A program made the translations under genes and the position numbers. The notes beneath the pieces were generated by a model. That model worked only from the letters and a program-made list of their open reading frames with translations, did not search any database and had not been told where the DNA came from. From assembly GCA_023461495.1 (NCBI GenBank), contig JAEYLA010000264.1, forward strand, positions 1 through 28,225: DNA of 28,225 nucleotides, written 5' to 3'. Every line of letters starts with the position of its first letter. The first letter of the stretch is position 1. Positions 25,301 to 28,225 of this stretch are shown here, piece after piece. The stretch comes from Bacillota bacterium (lineage in GTDB: Bacteria; Bacillota; Clostridia; Christensenellales; CAG-138).

Positions 25301-26939
25301 AGTGGGGCAAAATCTTCTGCCCTTCCTCCGCAGGAGCATTCGCCTTTTCCATGCGGCTGCGGATTACGCCCGAAAGATGGTACATCACATCGCCCACGCT
25401 GTTTTTATCGTTTGCAATCATACGAAGCTTCCCATCCGGCGTCCACACATGCGGCAAAAACCGCGCATACGTCCAACTGTCGAGCTCGCGCAGCGGATAC
25501 ACAAAACACATGCGCACGTCCGTATAGGAGGTTAGCCCCGCAACTTGCGCGCAAATCTGCCCTGCGATGCGGATTGCCTTTGTACGGGCATCACTCACAA
25601 CGCCTGCCATACGGTTTTCATAGAGGGAGAATCCCACCGGCACATCCTGAAGCTCCGCCATGTCAAAACGCAGCCGTTCCGCCATATCATTGAGCGGATC
25701 GTACGCGGACAGAAGCTGCTCTTTTGCTGTGCTGACAGGATTGGGCGAGGGCATTGTTCCACGCCCGATGCGCACAAAGAGAAAATCTTCATGCGCGGCG
25801 CTCTTTTCCCACAGGCGCGGGCTTGCCTCAAGCGCAAATCCAACCGCCTCAGATGCGGAAGGCATCATACGCGTAAGTACACCTTTGTTGTATGCCTGCT
25901 TTTCCATCAGGCGCGCGGCGAGCTTGTTGATGTAGGCGGTATAATCGTTCACCCGCTTTTGCTCGGCCCTGCTTTCCTCACTGTTCTGGTAACGGATATT
26001 GAATATGGCCCACATGCCTGCCATGAGTGCGGAGCCGACCGTCATAATAAGGCCGCTTCCCATGGAACCGCTTTCGCTTCCAAGCATCATCGCGCCCACC
26101 GCCATGGGGATCATCATGGTAAAGGGGGGGCCGATGGTCAATAGCAGCGGCTGCCGCTTTTGTTCGTTCTTCTGGGGGCATTTTTCAATGGAAAACGCTT
26201 CTTCATCCAGCCGCTCCAGCTTCCGGGGCGCGCGCAGAAAATAATCCTCCTCCGCAGCCTCCCGCTCCCGGTCCTCTTCTTGCTCCGGCGCCGGCGCTAT
26301 GCGGATAGGCTTGAGGGATGTCTCGTTTACCTGACGCTGTCCGCCGGGGTTGTTGACGCCCAGCACATTGCCAAGGTATACAAGCTTAAGCCCAACGATG
26401 TACACGATATCCCCGTAGCGCAGGATATGGCGGCCCGTCAGCCTGCGGCCATTGACAAATGTGCCGTTGACGCTGTTAAGATCCTCGACATAAGCGGCGT
26501 CCTTTTCCAGCGTGATTTCAGCATGGCGCGGCGAGCAGAATTTGTTGGTGTAGATTATTGCGCTCTGTGACCCGCTGCCTATGGCAACGCGGGGAAATGT
26601 CTTTGCATTCAGAAAGAACTTGTCAAAGCGGGTGTTGCCCTCTTGTACCTCCTCCGCAGTGAGGGAAAACACGTTGTCTCCCTTTTTCATCTGCGCGTTA
26701 AGCAGCAGCCCGCCGGTGAGTTCTACCTTCTGCGCCGGCTGCTCGTCGCGTATAAGCGTGAACTGGCGTCCGGAAGAAAGTGTCCAGACATTGTCCCACA
26801 CTTCGAGGGGCAAGATAATGTCCTCCTCCCATCCGCTGATATGGGGGCGTATGGCAACAGGCACTGTTTTATTATCCACATTGGGCAAATAGCTTTCCTG
26901 GAAGCCGTTTTCAAATACGGCGGTCAGCAAAAAACTCAT
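22326..26939 (-). CDS. essC: type VII secretion ATPase EssC (FHA, 2 TM, tandem FtsK/SpoIIIE domains)
   Basis: FHA 'SPRHA...[13 protein letters not shown]'; '[24 protein letters not shown]', 'IDYKGG', 'ADEFAELK', '[15 protein letters not shown]'; further Walker A motifs GTGGAGKT and GAGGSGKT. Confidence 0.96.
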   Translation of the reverse strand: [1537 protein letters not shown]

Positions 26940-26954
26940 ATAGACCTCCTATCC

Positions 26955-28085
26955 TTACCGGAGCGGGAATTCGATTGCGCTGTTACCCATCGCGCTGTTG
27001 AACAGTGCCCTGCCTGCTGTCTCGTTGACCGCACTGTAGATAACCAGCGTACCCTGTGCATACTGGTCATCCGAGCCGCGTGCGGCGATTTCCGCAAAGC
27101 AGCGGATGGGCGTACCGTCCGGATCGATATAGAACGCCGCCCGGACCAGCTCACCGTTGTTGCCTCCCGACTGATATTTAAAATCCCGGTAGACGACCTT
27201 CTGCCCGAACACCGTCTCCACCACCTCCAGGCATTCGCTCAGGAATTCTGCGTAGCACTGCTTCAAATCGCCGGTGGATGCGTAGACCTCGTTGAACCGG
27301 TCCGTCCAGTTCTCTGTGACCATTAGTCCGTAATCACCGCTATACAGCACCACCTTTTCTTCGTAAGGCTCTGATATCACATCCAGCTCGCAGGGTATGG
27401 TCAAAAACTGGCCGGTGATGGGGTTGTAGTAGCTGTAGCAGCCCTCCGGCGCATCCGGAAAGCCCAGCACGGAAAGGTCGGCGGGCGCAAGCGTGCCTTC
27501 CGTACCCGAAAGCTGCAGGCTTAAAATAATGCTCTGGTACATCGCATCCATCTCATCGGCTTTCTGAGCGCCCTGTTCGCGTCCAAACAAATCCAGCAGC
27601 ACGCGCCCGCCAAACTGGCTGATGGCAAGCTGTGCCTCGTAGGTTTTTCCTTCATCCTCATATGAGAACACCGCCGCCCCTGCAATGCTGCCATCCTGCG
27701 CGATATTTACCTTGGGCGTATAGCCGTTGAGTGGGCTGCCGCCTGTAAAAAGCAGCGCGTGCTTTTGCATGAGCGCCTCTACGGAGGCGCTTAAATCTCC
27801 GTGCCCCGCGAGGAAAAGCTCTACCTCATGGGTGATATCTGAAATCAACCCGCCGCAGTCCAGGCCCGCGACGGAGGTGATGGTAATGACGCTGCCGCTC
27901 TCCTGTATCGTCCACCCAACAGGATAAGAGAACGAAAGACCGTTTTCTTCGCTTTTGTAATCGCGCGCCGCAACCTCCGGCGCGGGAGTAGACAAAGCAA
28001 CCTCTTTCTGTTTATCCCCGCATGCGGCGAATAACAGCATAAGCAGCAATAACAGGGGCAGCAGCATCCGCTTGATAGCAGCCAT
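26955..28085 (-). CDS. lipoprotein with two putative PsbP/DcrB-like domains
   Basis: Lipobox 'FAAC'; 'Y.SEENGLSFSYP.GW' and a second 'YYNPITGQFLTIP'; each half ends in an amphipathic helix plus strand. AAGGAGG RBS. Confidence 0.75.
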   Translation of the reverse strand: MAAIKRMLLPLLLLLMLLFAACGDKQKEVALSTPAPEVAARDYKSEENGLSFSYPVGWTIQESGSVITITSVAGLDCGGLISDITHEVELFLAGHGDLSASVEALMQKHALLFTGGSPLNGYTPKVNIAQDGSIAGAAVFSYEDEGKTYEAQLAISQFGGRVLLDLFGREQGAQKADEMDAMYQSIILSLQLSGTEGTLAPADLSVLGFPDAPEGCYSYYNPITGQFLTIPCELDVISEPYEEKVVLYSGDYGLMVTENWTDRFNEVYASTGDLKQCYAEFLSECLEVVETVFGQKVVYRDFKYQSGGNNGELVRAAFYIDPDGTPIRCFAEIAARGSDDQYAQGTLVIYSAVNETAGRALFNSAMGNSAIEFPLR

Positions 28086-28096
28086 ATAAATCCTCC

Positions 28097-28225
28097 TTAT
28101 CCTACCGCAACGCTCATGGATGCCGCCATAACGTCAAAATACTCCTGCGCTTCGGCGCCAAGATCGTGCCCTATGGCGATCATGCAGATATCCTCCACTT
28201 CAAACAGGCGAAGCGCGCAAACATT
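28097..28225 (-). CDS. 3' end of a hypothetical protein (5'-partial)
   Basis: Open frame from the window edge, NVCALRLFEVEDICMIAIGHDLGAEAQEYFDVMAASMSVAVG*; the TAA merges with the RBS of the next gene. Confidence 0.7.
   Translation of the reverse strand, partial: NVCALRLFEVEDICMIAIGHDLGAEAQEYFDVMAASMSVAVG

Noticed and set aside
7200..28000. Many plus-strand and nested ORFs of 60-230 aa (e.g. 10730-11434, 12756-13412, 17121-17795, 26643-27326)
   Set aside because: They are antisense shadows of well-supported minus-strand genes in GC-rich DNA, with no recognisable motifs.

Overview
Bacterial DNA, probably Bacillota and Clostridia-like (inferred from gene content and GGAGG-type RBSs), with nearly all genes on the minus strand. 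There are four blocks. (1) 1-6.4 kb: the 3' end of a DUF169-like gene faces a visibly more AT-rich run of unrelated detox/metabolic genes (Ntn hydrolase, GNAT, membrane protein, nitroreductase, flavin reductase, VOC, alpha/beta hydrolase). A TetR gene heads the run, its promoter is covered by a perfect 44-bp palindrome, and gene-remnant mini-ORFs lie between the genes. (2) 6.5-7.5 kb: a 231-bp IS1182-like miniature element with terminal IRs and degenerate flanking direct repeats, then an alpha/beta hydrolase that appears to lack its catalytic His. (3) 7.8-15.1 kb: an unusual potassium locus with KdpD/KdpE-like regulators, tandem KdpE-type boxes, a TPR-RCK_C fusion, a P-type ATPase with Na,K-ATPase-like (P2C) ion-site motifs and two TrkA proteins, but no KdpABC or TrkH/KtrB. 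(4) 15.4-28.2 kb: an anticodon-less tRNA-like remnant and a terminator mark the end of a non-canonical type VII secretion operon. In transcription order the operon reads: PsbP-like proteins, essC, esaB/yukD-like, lipoprotein, five WXG100 proteins, a WXG-like protein with a glycine-rich hydrophobic segment, a small 2-TM protein and a hybrid histidine kinase. All calls come from motif recognition by eye; no database searches were run.
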